From assembly GCA_013166835.1 (NCBI GenBank), contig JABLTI010000002.1, forward strand, positions 594 to 64,593: a DNA stretch of 64,000 nucleotides. Reading direction: 5' to 3'. Below, in pieces: positions 39,182-48,122 of this stretch. The notes under the pieces were generated by a model. It was given only the letters and a program-made list of their open reading frames with translations. It had not been told where the DNA came from and searched no databases. How positions within the stretch are numbered: position 1 is the first letter of the stretch; each line of letters begins with the position of its first letter. This DNA comes from Promethearchaeati archaeon. GTDB taxonomy: Archaea; Asgardarchaeota; Heimdallarchaeia; JABLTI01. The position numbers and the translations under genes were made by a program.

Positions 39182-40741
39182 ATGACAATTGAAATTGATC
39201 TTGTTGTGAAAAATGCCTTTATTGTGACTATGAATAAAAAACAACCTCAAGCTGAAGCATTAGCAGTAAATGAGGGAAAAATTATTGCTGTTGGTAATAA
39301 TTCTGAAATTTTAAAGGAATTTTCAAAAGCGAAAAAAATTCTTGATTTAAAAGGAAAGTTTCTGTGTCCAGGTTTTAATGATACTCATACTCATTTACTT
39401 AGTATGGCTTCAAAAACCAAGGATGTATTATTAGATAAAGTGAAATCTCCAAAAGAAGCTCTCGAAAAAATCGAAGAAAGAGTGAAAATAACACCAAAAG
39501 GTAAGTGGGTCTTCGGAGATAGATGGGATGAAAGCAATTGGGAAGATAAGCGTTATTTAACTATGGCAGAATTAGATGAAATTGCTCCCAATAATCCTTT
39601 GTATATCAGACGAGTTTGTGGACATATGGCTGTTGCAAACAGTCTTGGTCTCAAAGAACTAGAAATCTCTTGGGATGAACCTGATTTGGAGATTGATCAA
39701 GAAACAAAGAAACCTACAGGAGTTATCGCATCACCTCTTAGTCATCGTGTTGCTGATAATCCTAAATTAAAGAAGACACAGGAAGATTTGGATGAAGCAA
39801 TTCCTATAGCTAATGAATTAGCAAATTCCTTGGGTATTACCTCAATAACTGATAATTTGCCTGTTATGTGTGTGAGATCCTATATCTCTGCTCATAATAA
39901 AAATCAACTCACAGTTAGAGTAAATATGAATATCCCTCGAGATTCTTTTGATCACTATCTTGAAGCTGGTTTAAAGTCTGGTTTTGGTGATGAAATTCTA
40001 AAACTAGGCGGAGTAAAAATATTCACAGATGGCTCACTAGGAGCAAGAACTGCCAAACTTTACGAACCATATTTTGATGACTCTTCAACATCAGGTGATT
40101 TCTATATAGAGAAGGAAGTCTTGTTTGAAACTTATCAAAAAGCAGTTGACAATAATTGGCAACTAGTTACTCATGCAATTGGAGATGAAGCCATTGATAT
40201 GGTTCTTGATGCATTTGAGAGAATCAACAAACCAGAAATAATATCCTTAGGAAGACATCGCATTGAACATGCAGAATATTTGTTAGATGAAAAATTAGCG
40301 AGAGCAAACAAGCTAGGGCTCGTTTTATCTATGCAACCAAACTTCCCAGGAAGATGGGGTAAACCCGGTCAGCTATATGAAATCAGATTGGGCTCAGAAA
40401 AGTATAAACTGTTAAACAATTTCCGGAAAATCATTGATTCGAAAGCTAGGCTTTCTTTTGGTTCTGATAATATGCCTTTAAGTCCACTTTTTGGGATATG
40501 GTCTGTGGTTACCCATCCGATTGATGACATAAAGATCACTGTTGAAGAAGCAATTTACCATTATACTTTGGATGCAGCATATTCCAGTTTTGAAGAAAAT
40601 ATCAAAGGTTCTTTAGAAGTAGGGAAACTAGCTGATTTTGTTGTTTTAGAGAAGAATCTCTATCAAATAGAACCTGATGTAATAAAAGATGTTCAGGTTC
40701 TTATGACCTTTTTAGGTGGAGAATTAGTCTACGAACAGTAA
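39182..40741 (+). CDS. metal-dependent amidohydrolase (YtcJ-like, TIM-barrel)
   Basis: DLVVKNAFIVT start, HxH metal motif (FNDTHTHL), later H/D ligands (THAIGD, RIEHAE, FGSDN). The ATG at 39182 is preferred over the TTG at 39125, which would add a hydrophobic leader. Confidence 0.8.
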   Translation: MTIEIDLVVKNAFIVTMNKKQPQAEALAVNEGKIIAVGNNSEILKEFSKAKKILDLKGKFLCPGFNDTHTHLLSMASKTKDVLLDKVKSPKEALEKIEERVKITPKGKWVFGDRWDESNWEDKRYLTMAELDEIAPNNPLYIRRVCGHMAVANSLGLKELEISWDEPDLEIDQETKKPTGVIASPLSHRVADNPKLKKTQEDLDEAIPIANELANSLGITSITDNLPVMCVRSYISAHNKNQLTVRVNMNIPRDSFDHYLEAGLKSGFGDEILKLGGVKIFTDGSLGARTAKLYEPYFDDSSTSGDFYIEKEVLFETYQKAVDNNWQLVTHAIGDEAIDMVLDAFERINKPEIISLGRHRIEHAEYLLDEKLARANKLGLVLSMQPNFPGRWGKPGQLYEIRLGSEKYKLLNNFRKIIDSKARLSFGSDNMPLSPLFGIWSVVTHPIDDIKITVEEAIYHYTLDAAYSSFEENIKGSLEVGKLADFVVLEKNLYQIEPDVIKDVQVLMTFLGGELVYEQ

Positions 40742-40762
40742 TCTAAAATAAATTACTTGGTA

Positions 40763-41365
40763 TTAACTTGTAGAAGATTTATCTTTAACCGGTAATTCTT
40801 CTTCAATTTCTTCTATATCTTGCACTGTTTCCGTAGTTATCATACCTGCAATTTGTTTTGCTATGTAATGAGCAATGATTCCTCCAATATTCCCAGTGAG
40901 TAATGCAATCAATGATATGAATAGCGTTAATCTCCATTCTAATCTAAAAATCAAAATGAGCACCGAAAGTGAACCTACGAAATTAGCAATAGCTCCTTCT
41001 ACTAATGAACATATGACTGTATTATTTTTTGATCGAAAAAGTAAATCAACAAAATCAACTGCTAAGCCGGGGAGAGAATAGGTAATTATTGTGAAAATAC
41101 CATGTGAACCGAAAGGTAAAATCATTACAACTAACGCTTGAGTTAATCCAAAAAGAAACCCGGACCCTGTCTTTGGAGCAAGTCTTTTTGTGAGGACTAA
41201 CCAAAGCATGTAAAATCCTCCAACTATTGCTCCACCAGGAATACCTAATGGAACACTAATTAAGGATACTAATGGTCGTACGATTTGTTTTGTACCTAGA
41301 CCTATGGCTGCCATTATTGCAATTATTATTAGATCAGAGGTACTGTATCTTTTCATATTTTCCAA
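40763..41365 (-). CDS. ECF-type substrate-capture (S) component-like membrane protein
   Basis: 200 aa with about 6 TM helices and Gly-rich helices (GIPGGAIVGGFYMLW), as in S components. Last gene of a five-gene operon that contains a CbiQ/EcfT homolog. Confidence 0.55.
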   Translation of the reverse strand: MENMKRYSTSDLIIIAIMAAIGLGTKQIVRPLVSLISVPLGIPGGAIVGGFYMLWLVLTKRLAPKTGSGFLFGLTQALVVMILPFGSHGIFTIITYSLPGLAVDFVDLLFRSKNNTVICSLVEGAIANFVGSLSVLILIFRLEWRLTLFISLIALLTGNIGGIIAHYIAKQIAGMITTETVQDIEEIEEELPVKDKSSTS

Positions 41366-41392
41366 ACCAACTTGTTTTGTTTCTAATCTTTG

Positions 41393-41920
41393 CTACTGTT
41401 CACCTACTATTATCTCAAGAACTACGACAAACTTCACGCAGAATTGCCCATTGTATTCCCCTGGAAATTTTTGTGGAATTACTAGTCTAAGAGGTCCTTC
41501 ACCATCAAGCGATTTTCCATCCATATACTCTCCATTTTTCTTGTAGGCAATGATAATATCACGAGTTTGATTAATATCGTCAAAACTTAGAGTATACGCA
41601 AAATTATCACTAGCAATCACTCTTACGGTTATATTTTCAGTATAGTTAGCAACTTGAGTCACAAGGTAAAAAACAGAAACGCCTGTATAATTTGCTGAAA
41701 ATGACTCACTACCTTGTAAATAGTATTCTTGAGAGATATTTGGAAAACTCTCTAATTGGGTGATGTTCAGCTTGATATCCTCTGTTGGTAGCCCAGTTAT
41801 CGTTAGGAATCCATCATCTCCACTACTTGAAGGGAGCCAAACTGTAAAATATAAGGTAACAATCGTAGTGACTAGAACAACATTGATTCCTATAATTATT
41901 GCTAATGTTTTCCTATTCAT
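41393..41920 (-). CDS. membrane-anchored protein with molybdopterin-oxidoreductase (SUOX/YedY)-fold-like ectodomain
   Basis: N-terminal TM anchor. Then LTITGL...L..L..FP...Y.GVSVFYLV...ASDNFAYTLSFDDI...IIIAYKKNGEYM....GEGPLRLVIP......NGQFCVKFVVVLEI, matching the YedY/MsrP-type domain pattern. Confidence 0.5.
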   Translation of the reverse strand: MNRKTLAIIIGINVVLVTTIVTLYFTVWLPSSSGDDGFLTITGLPTEDIKLNITQLESFPNISQEYYLQGSESFSANYTGVSVFYLVTQVANYTENITVRVIASDNFAYTLSFDDINQTRDIIIAYKKNGEYMDGKSLDGEGPLRLVIPQKFPGEYNGQFCVKFVVVLEIIVGEQ

Positions 41921-42698
41921 TATTTTTCACTTTCTTTGGTTCATACGAAATTTGGATTTCAACACTTGAGAGTTCTTCTTCTTCAACTTTTAAAGAGGTA
42001 AGAATGCCAGAAACCACATTTTTGATGAGATCTTGAATAAAAGGTTTGCAGGGAACATTCTTATCATTTGCTTTGAGAATTACAAAGGAATCTTCAATCC
42101 CTAAAACTACACAATCTTCCATATTTTTCTTCCCATGAATAACTTCTTTCATTAACTCTTGGCATGTGCTATATCCACAGTGTTCACAATCTAATTCAGG
42201 AAAAAGCGGCAACGCCTTTTCTTTCACTGTATCTGCTAATTTAGCATACTGAATAAATAAGTCATGTTTGCTTTTTATAGAAAACTCCGGAATGGAGGAT
42301 AAAGCAACAGTATAATCACCTATGAATTCCTCTTCTTGCCCTGCTTCTTTTAACATAGTAATTTGTGGTATTCCCTCTAAATTCTCCTTAAAACCCTCGA
42401 GAAGAACAATATCTAAATCTTTACTGATAATTTTTAGAGCTTCTCTCAATGAATGCTTTTCATTTCTGAAAATTACTGTTTCAATCCCTGATTTAAATAA
42501 AGTCAATTTAGGTGAACTTTGTCTATGTCTAATAACATCATAATGCTCTTGATCAACATCAATAGAAACATCTCTAAAAGCAACTTTAACTGTACCAATT
42601 CGAAGATTCTTCTTCTGTAGAATTGGTACCAATGCTTCTATTGTTGTAGTTTTCCCCGATTTTTTCGGGCCAGTTATTCCAATAAATCTTGTTAACAT
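41913..42698 (-). CDS. MobB-like P-loop NTPase fused to a putative Fe-S cluster domain
   Basis: Walker A GITGPKKSGKTT with a MobB-like N-half. The C-half has DCEHCGYSTCQELMKEV...C, resembling the RnfB/CdhD-type Fe-S domain (C-x2-C-x4-C...C). Confidence 0.7.
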   Translation of the reverse strand: MLTRFIGITGPKKSGKTTTIEALVPILQKKNLRIGTVKVAFRDVSIDVDQEHYDVIRHRQSSPKLTLFKSGIETVIFRNEKHSLREALKIISKDLDIVLLEGFKENLEGIPQITMLKEAGQEEEFIGDYTVALSSIPEFSIKSKHDLFIQYAKLADTVKEKALPLFPELDCEHCGYSTCQELMKEVIHGKKNMEDCVVLGIEDSFVILKANDKNVPCKPFIQDLIKNVVSGILTSLKVEEEELSSVEIQISYEPKKVKNNE

Positions 42699-42710
42699 TA
42701 TTATTCACTC

Positions 42711-43580
42711 CTAGCTAAAACCTAACCATAATCCTGAGAAAAATGTCACTAATTCCATTCGAAACACATAGCAAATCCCTGCAATCAAACTAAGAACTAA
42801 AATTGTAATGAAGATATCAAAAAGACCAAATTTTAATTTCCGGTAATAGGTGCGTTTTCTCCTGGAATTGAATCCACGAGACTCTAAAGCAATTGCTTGA
42901 TATTTTGATTTCTCAATAAAATTCATCAGAATTGATGTAGCGAGAATCTTGAAATTCTTTAATCTAGAGATAATATTTCCTCTATTAATACTAACTCCTC
43001 TGGTTTCCAAAGAAAGTCTTATTTCTGTGGCCTCTGAAATTACTAAAGGTAAGAAATAAATAACAAGCCCAGTCGTAAAAGCAATTTCAAATGGGAACCC
43101 AATTTTTGTCAATGACTGTAAATAATCATTTGAATTCGTTGTTAAACTGAACAAACTGGAACCAACTGCCAAGTTTAGTATTCTTAGACATGAGTTTGAT
43201 GCAAATATTAGCGCATTAACACTAATTGAAATTGTCCTATCATTTATTGTCATATGGGATGAAAAACCAAAGTCCAAAGGGATAACAATAAAATTGCCTG
43301 TAAGACTATCCCAGGCTAGTAATTGAATGATAAAAATAGTTGGAATTAACCAAAAAGTTGGCTTTACGTATCTTATTATTTTCCTAATATCTACTCGAGA
43401 GATTATTACTAAGATTAGCATAATATTGAGCAGAAACAGCAGTAAGTACATATTTTCAATCATAAATGAAAAGACTGATACTGCGAAAAGCATAAGCAAT
43501 TTAGTTCTAGGGTCAAGTGTAAGAGTTTTTCTAGTTTGAACTCTTGAAGAACTTTGAATGAAAGCCAATTTATTATTCAA
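42711..43580 (-). CDS. CbiQ/EcfT-family transmembrane component
   Basis: Polytopic membrane protein with LETRGVSI and ALESRGF coupling motifs, like the EcfT at 33324. Confidence 0.75.
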   Translation of the reverse strand: MNNKLAFIQSSSRVQTRKTLTLDPRTKLLMLFAVSVFSFMIENMYLLLFLLNIMLILVIISRVDIRKIIRYVKPTFWLIPTIFIIQLLAWDSLTGNFIVIPLDFGFSSHMTINDRTISISVNALIFASNSCLRILNLAVGSSLFSLTTNSNDYLQSLTKIGFPFEIAFTTGLVIYFLPLVISEATEIRLSLETRGVSINRGNIISRLKNFKILATSILMNFIEKSKYQAIALESRGFNSRRKRTYYRKLKFGLFDIFITILVLSLIAGICYVFRMELVTFFSGLWLGFS

Positions 43581-43628
43581 CCAAACAATCAGTATTAAAT
43601 TAATAGAATCGAAGATGAACTTCGATTT

Positions 43629-44186
43629 CTATTCGAAATACATTTCTATTGTGTTTTTCACACATCTTTGACCATTGAAATCAAATTCATCATAATTTGG
43701 GACTATTAACCATAGGTAACCGTTACCACCATCGTCAAAGCTATCGAGATATTGATTGTTTTGCATATATGCTAAGATGTATGTATTGTTGTTTTGTATT
43801 TCAGCTATTGGAAATGTCCATTGATAATCATCTACTGCAATGAAAGTAACATTTTCTGCACTAGGATCAATAGTAATCTCATCTTGGAAGAGATTCGCTA
43901 AAATAGCTCCTTGAAAAAGATAAATTGTATTTGTTTTGGCTCTTACTTCATATTCAGCTTTATACGCAGGCATGTTGAGGATTTCACTCATAGTTATGGT
44001 GGTATTTCCACCTTGAACATTGCCATTTATATTAAGAGTCCACCCTGGATCTGGATGCAAATTTGATTTAACACCAAACCAGATACCAATTCCCGTTCCC
44101 ACAATAATCATTGAACTAATGACTATAACTGCAATCATTACTCCAACTTTCTTTGTACTTGCTACCATTATTCTTTCCAAACTCAC
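43629..44186 (-). CDS. membrane-anchored SUOX/YedY-fold-like ectodomain protein (paralog of 41393..41920)
   Basis: TM anchor followed by WTLNINGNV...ITMSEILNMP...GAILANLF...AVDDYQWTFPIAEI...ILAYMQNNQYL....GNGYLWLIVP...NGQRCVKNTIEMYF. Confidence 0.5.
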   Translation of the reverse strand: MSLERIMVASTKKVGVMIAVIVISSMIIVGTGIGIWFGVKSNLHPDPGWTLNINGNVQGGNTTITMSEILNMPAYKAEYEVRAKTNTIYLFQGAILANLFQDEITIDPSAENVTFIAVDDYQWTFPIAEIQNNNTYILAYMQNNQYLDSFDDGGNGYLWLIVPNYDEFDFNGQRCVKNTIEMYFE

Positions 44187-44366
44187 ATTTTTTTTTCTCT
44201 TTCATTAGTTGTTCTTACTAATTAAGAGATATCGTTATGTTTGAACGAACATTTCGATAAAAAAACTTTTCTTAAGATAGAAGAAATATAAAAGTCCTAT
44301 AAGGCAAAATATTAAACCTCAAAAGAAGAATTTAATACAAGTAACAGCTCAAATATATCGTAGAAA

Positions 44367-45707
44367 TTGCTTAAGTTGGAGAAGAATAGCTTGATAAAAA
44401 GAGTGTTAATTATAAAAAATAATCTCCCATTAGTCTATAGAAATTATGAACCTGGTGCAGATCAAAGTCTAGGAACCTCTTTTGGGGATTATCAATCATT
44501 AGTAGAGTCAATTGCAAGTAAAGCTATACATGGTCAACAGAGAGAAGAAATTTCAGGAAATAATAAATTAGTGTATGAATTAGATGAATCGATTCTTTTC
44601 CTTGTTAGTACTGATACAAATGAAGTTGGTGTAATTGAAATCCTCATTCCAGAGCTTAAAAACCTCTTTTTCGCAGTATTTCCCAAAGATTATGTTTTAG
44701 GGTGGACTGGAGATGATACCTCTGTTTTCAAAGGATTTGATTCCAAATTAGATCAATTAAGAAGTGCTTTTGAAAATAGAATTATGACGAAACCAGGGAG
44801 TAGAAGAATTATAGATACACTAAGTGTTATGGAGTTACCTCAAAGATTACAAAAAACAGCCTTAAAAATCCTTGATGCAAAAATAGCTTCCTTTGAGGAA
44901 ATCATTGAAACAACAAATGTTTCACCTCAAGAAGCAGTTGCAAATATACAAGAAATTCTGAATGCTGGATTTCTTTACACGACAAAGATAGGTAATAAGG
45001 TATTTTATTCAGTTAAATCCTTTGGTGAAGCAGCTCCCTTAGTAGCACCACCAAGTATTGCTCCAAGTGTAACACCAACAGCTCCTATTGAACCTGTTCA
45101 AGCAACAACGGCTTCTGATGCCACGATAGGAGTTGAGGTGACAAAGCGAGATGTTAACAAAGGTAATATGCCTTTCTTAATGAAGCAATTCAAGAAGGAA
45201 TTGGATAAAGTCTTTAATACAATCATAAATGGGGAATTGCTTCTCATTGTGCTCGATCCGGAAACTGATAAGAACCAAGTTTTGTTAAATATGATTTTGG
45301 ATACTTTCCAATGTTTTGTCCCTGAACGTGAATTACGTATTGTGAATTTTGCTAATGATTTCATTCACCCTAGAGATGCCGATATTATTCGTATAGATAG
45401 AAACCTGATACAATTTTACTCAAATGAAACATTGCTAGATATGGATAGCAAGAAAATCATAAATGGTGATAATTCCATTTATTTAGCAGACATAATAAAA
45501 GAAATGTTGAAATTGAAACATCATTCAGAATGTGTTTCTCTTCTAATAAATCGTGTCGCTCTCATAGAGAAACTTGCTCAAGATTGGGCTAAAATAAAGA
45601 AGTTAAATCTTCCATCTGAAGATTTCATAACAAATGTGAGAACAAAACATAATCCAGCAATCATTGAAGTTATGGATAATGTTGCTGTTAATCTCTTTAT
45701 GGACTAA
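44367..45707 (+). CDS. hypothetical protein: N-terminal longin-like domain, winged helix, A/P/T-rich linker, unknown C-terminal domain
   Basis: IKRVLIIKNNLPLVYRNYEP...YQSLVESIASKAI...LVYELDESILFLVSTDT...IEILIPELKNLFFAVF gives a beta-beta-alpha-beta-beta-beta-alpha pattern. wH segment: TALKILDAKIASFEEIIETTNVSPQEAVANIQEILNAGFLYTTKIGNKVFYSV. Linker: APLVAPPSIAPSVTPTAPIEP. The start codon is uncertain. Confidence 0.5.
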   Translation: MLKLEKNSLIKRVLIIKNNLPLVYRNYEPGADQSLGTSFGDYQSLVESIASKAIHGQQREEISGNNKLVYELDESILFLVSTDTNEVGVIEILIPELKNLFFAVFPKDYVLGWTGDDTSVFKGFDSKLDQLRSAFENRIMTKPGSRRIIDTLSVMELPQRLQKTALKILDAKIASFEEIIETTNVSPQEAVANIQEILNAGFLYTTKIGNKVFYSVKSFGEAAPLVAPPSIAPSVTPTAPIEPVQATTASDATIGVEVTKRDVNKGNMPFLMKQFKKELDKVFNTIINGELLLIVLDPETDKNQVLLNMILDTFQCFVPERELRIVNFANDFIHPRDADIIRIDRNLIQFYSNETLLDMDSKKIINGDNSIYLADIIKEMLKLKHHSECVSLLINRVALIEKLAQDWAKIKKLNLPSEDFITNVRTKHNPAIIEVMDNVAVNLFMD

Positions 45708-45750
45708 TAGTTCACTTAAGAACTATTATCGTCTATTTTTATTTTTTTCA
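45707..45750 (+). terminator. hairpin plus T-tract
   Basis: ATAGTTC (45707-45713) pairs with GAACTAT (45720-45726), then TATCGTCTATTTTTATTTTTTTC. Confidence 0.4.
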
Positions 45751-45894
45751 TCTAATTTTCAGCTAATTGTGCACTATGTGCTTTAATGCTAAAAGTTATA
45801 ATTAATAGTGAAGAATCATAATATTAGTTGAAAAGGTAAATATCGAAATCTTTTTCACAGAATGAGGATTTAATCATAATTAAGGTGTTGAAAT

Positions 45895-46641
45895 ATGACT
45901 GATATTTCAGAAGTTTTGTCAGCTCTGAAACGTGGGGATTTAACCGTTGAAGAAGTCCTGAAAGAGCTGAACGATTTGTTAACAACTGTTAAGAAAGGTA
46001 TAGATGAACTCAAACAACCAATAGAGAATCTAGTTGAGTTTGAAAAAAGACAGAGTGATGAAATATTACAATTTGAATCAGGCAATTTGTCATTGTCACA
46101 AGAAATAGCTTCACTAACTGAAGAAAAAGCTACTAGTGAAAATTCACTTCAAAGAACTCAAGAAGAGTATACTGAGACAACAGAAAAAAGGGTGAAACTT
46201 GAGACAAAGGTCAGAGAGTTATCAACAGAATTGTCTAACACAAAGAAAAGGTTAGAAGCAGCAAATGCAGAACTAGCTGTTGAAACTGAAACTAATCAGA
46301 AAATAGTAGCTGAATTAAGTACTATTGTTGAATCTGCCGAACAAAAAGTTTTAGGAATTGAAAATCAAGCAGAAAAGGAAAGAGATATCATACGAAAATC
46401 AAAAGGTGAACGTATGGCTCTTGAATTTTTGATAAAGAAAAACCACATTGAATTCAATGAAATTAAGGTTATCAACTCATTAGATGGTAGAACTAATACT
46501 GATATGGCAACTATCTCAAAAATTACTGGTTTATCTGAAGCTTTAATATCAAAAACTCTACAAGGTTTAGAAAAAAGAAATTTGATTTCCTATGATGGCT
46601 CAACAGGAGCTATAACCGTGACAGGGAGTATGAAACTTTAG
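45895..46641 (+). CDS. coiled-coil protein with C-terminal winged-helix-like domain
   Basis: About 170 aa of heptad-like E/K/L/T-rich sequence, then a wH-like tail (MATISKITGLSEALISKTLQGLEKRNLISYDGSTGAITVTG). AAGGTG lies upstream of the ATG. Confidence 0.55.
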   Translation: MTDISEVLSALKRGDLTVEEVLKELNDLLTTVKKGIDELKQPIENLVEFEKRQSDEILQFESGNLSLSQEIASLTEEKATSENSLQRTQEEYTETTEKRVKLETKVRELSTELSNTKKRLEAANAELAVETETNQKIVAELSTIVESAEQKVLGIENQAEKERDIIRKSKGERMALEFLIKKNHIEFNEIKVINSLDGRTNTDMATISKITGLSEALISKTLQGLEKRNLISYDGSTGAITVTGSMKL

Positions 46642-46652
46642 GAGGGAAAAAA

Positions 46653-47402
46653 ATGACTGATTTTGTAAATATCCGAAGAAACATAATCGCTGAAAAAGAA
46701 CGACTTGAGAGATTAGCAACTAGCTCAAATCAGAAAATAGCTGATACTGTTAATGAACTTCAGAATGCAGTGGAATTCTTAGATAAAACTGAAGCCACTT
46801 TTAAAGAAATGTCTCAAAATCTTGCTGATCGTAAGAGAGATGAAATTAATAGCAAAGATCAAAGGAAAGAATTGCTTTCAATTATTGACACATTGAAAGA
46901 AAATATAGAAAGAACGCGAATTTCAATCAAAGATGAAGAAGAAAAAAATGACTCACATGAAAAAGAAATCTCACAACTATCAATAGATCTTAGCAACACC
47001 CAGAATGAACTCTCATCTACTCAACACAAAATTACAAACATAAAAGAAAATAATGCTCTAAAAACTCAAGAGAAAACTGATGTAACAGCTAGATTGGAAA
47101 ACCAGTTGACTGAAGCTCAAAGAATTCTAACTAATCTTTCTGAGGAAAAAGAGAAAGAGGTACAACTAAGCCCTATTTTAGATTTCCTTTTGAAAGAAGT
47201 AAGAATAGACATTCCTGAAGTAGAGATATTATCCGTTTTAGCCTATCGAAATCAAGCAATGGGATTGGATGAACTAAAACAAGCGGTTTCAAAAACACCT
47301 CCAGTTATTATCTTAAAAGTAATAAGAAGCCTTGATAGTAAGGGTGTCATCAAATATGATGAGAGATTAGACACTATAGAGCTAACAGCTAATTTAGTTT
47401 AG
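46653..47402 (+). CDS. coiled-coil protein with C-terminal winged-helix-like domain (tandem paralog)
   Basis: Same length (249 vs 248 aa), the same MTD start and the same layout. wH-like tail: ILSVLAYRNQAMGLDELKQAVSKTPPVIILKVIRSLDSKGVIKYDERLDTIELTA. Sits 11 nt after the upstream stop, with GGAGGG. Confidence 0.55.
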   Translation: MTDFVNIRRNIIAEKERLERLATSSNQKIADTVNELQNAVEFLDKTEATFKEMSQNLADRKRDEINSKDQRKELLSIIDTLKENIERTRISIKDEEEKNDSHEKEISQLSIDLSNTQNELSSTQHKITNIKENNALKTQEKTDVTARLENQLTEAQRILTNLSEEKEKEVQLSPILDFLLKEVRIDIPEVEILSVLAYRNQAMGLDELKQAVSKTPPVIILKVIRSLDSKGVIKYDERLDTIELTANLV

Positions 47403-47406
47403 GATT

Positions 47407-47438
47407 GGATTCGACAAAAATTGAATCCCTTTTTTTAT
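47407..47438 (+). terminator. hairpin plus T-tract
   Basis: GGATTC (47407-47412) pairs with GAATCC (47423-47428), then CTTTTTTTATC. Confidence 0.4.
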
Positions 47439-47545
47439 CTTATGATTCAAAATATGACAACAAACTTGATACATTAGATGGATTTATTAATATAATTCAT
47501 GAATATGATTTCGTAGTAAAATATTGACAAAAAACTAATTCATCA

Positions 47546-48103
47546 TTGAAGAGGAAGATTTGTGTGAGCTTCTTACAAAGACTATTCCGGCAAAAAAAAC
47601 AATTCAAAATTGCAGTCGTAGGATTAGATTCTGCTGGAAAAACTACAATGTTAAATTTCTTACGTTTTGAAAAAAACATTGAAACATTGCCTACAATTGG
47701 TGTAAATGTTGAAGTTCTGAAAAGAGAAAATGTTAACTTGAGTATTTTTGATCTCGGTGGACAAATGCATTTTCGAAGTCTTTGGGGAACATTAATGCGA
47801 GGGGCAAGTGCGATTATTTTTGTGGTTGATTCCGCAGATAGTGATCGATTAGAAGAAGCGAAAACTGAATTATGGAAAGTATTACTTGATCCTCAATATC
47901 CTGATGCTCCACTTCTTATTGTAGCGAATAAACAAGATAAAGTAGGAGCAATGCCTGTTGAGGAGATTGTTCGAGCCTGTAATCTAGATGACCCAGTAAA
48001 AATGGGTAGACGTAGCTGGCATATTCAACCAACAGTAGCAACTACTGGACAAGGTGTTGAAGAAGCGATTAAATGGATCGTAATAGAATTAGACAAATTA
48101 TGA
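47546..48103 (+). CDS. Arf/Arl-family small GTPase
   Basis: KIAVVGLDSAGKTTMLNFL, TIGVNVEVL, FDLGGQMHFRSLW, IFVVDSAD, ANKQDK and WHIQPTVATTGQGV are collinear with human ARF1 as recalled (RILMVGLDAAGKTTILYKL, TIGFNVETV, WDVGGQDKIRPLW, IFVVDSND, ANKQDL, WYIQATCATSGDGL). The likely real start is GTG 47564 (GAGGAAG 6 nt upstream), giving the N-terminus (M)SFLQRLFRQKK. Confidence 0.85.
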   Translation: MKRKICVSFLQRLFRQKKQFKIAVVGLDSAGKTTMLNFLRFEKNIETLPTIGVNVEVLKRENVNLSIFDLGGQMHFRSLWGTLMRGASAIIFVVDSADSDRLEEAKTELWKVLLDPQYPDAPLLIVANKQDKVGAMPVEEIVRACNLDDPVKMGRRSWHIQPTVATTGQGVEEAIKWIVIELDKL

Positions 48104-48122
48104 TAGTTGGGGGTATTGTTGA

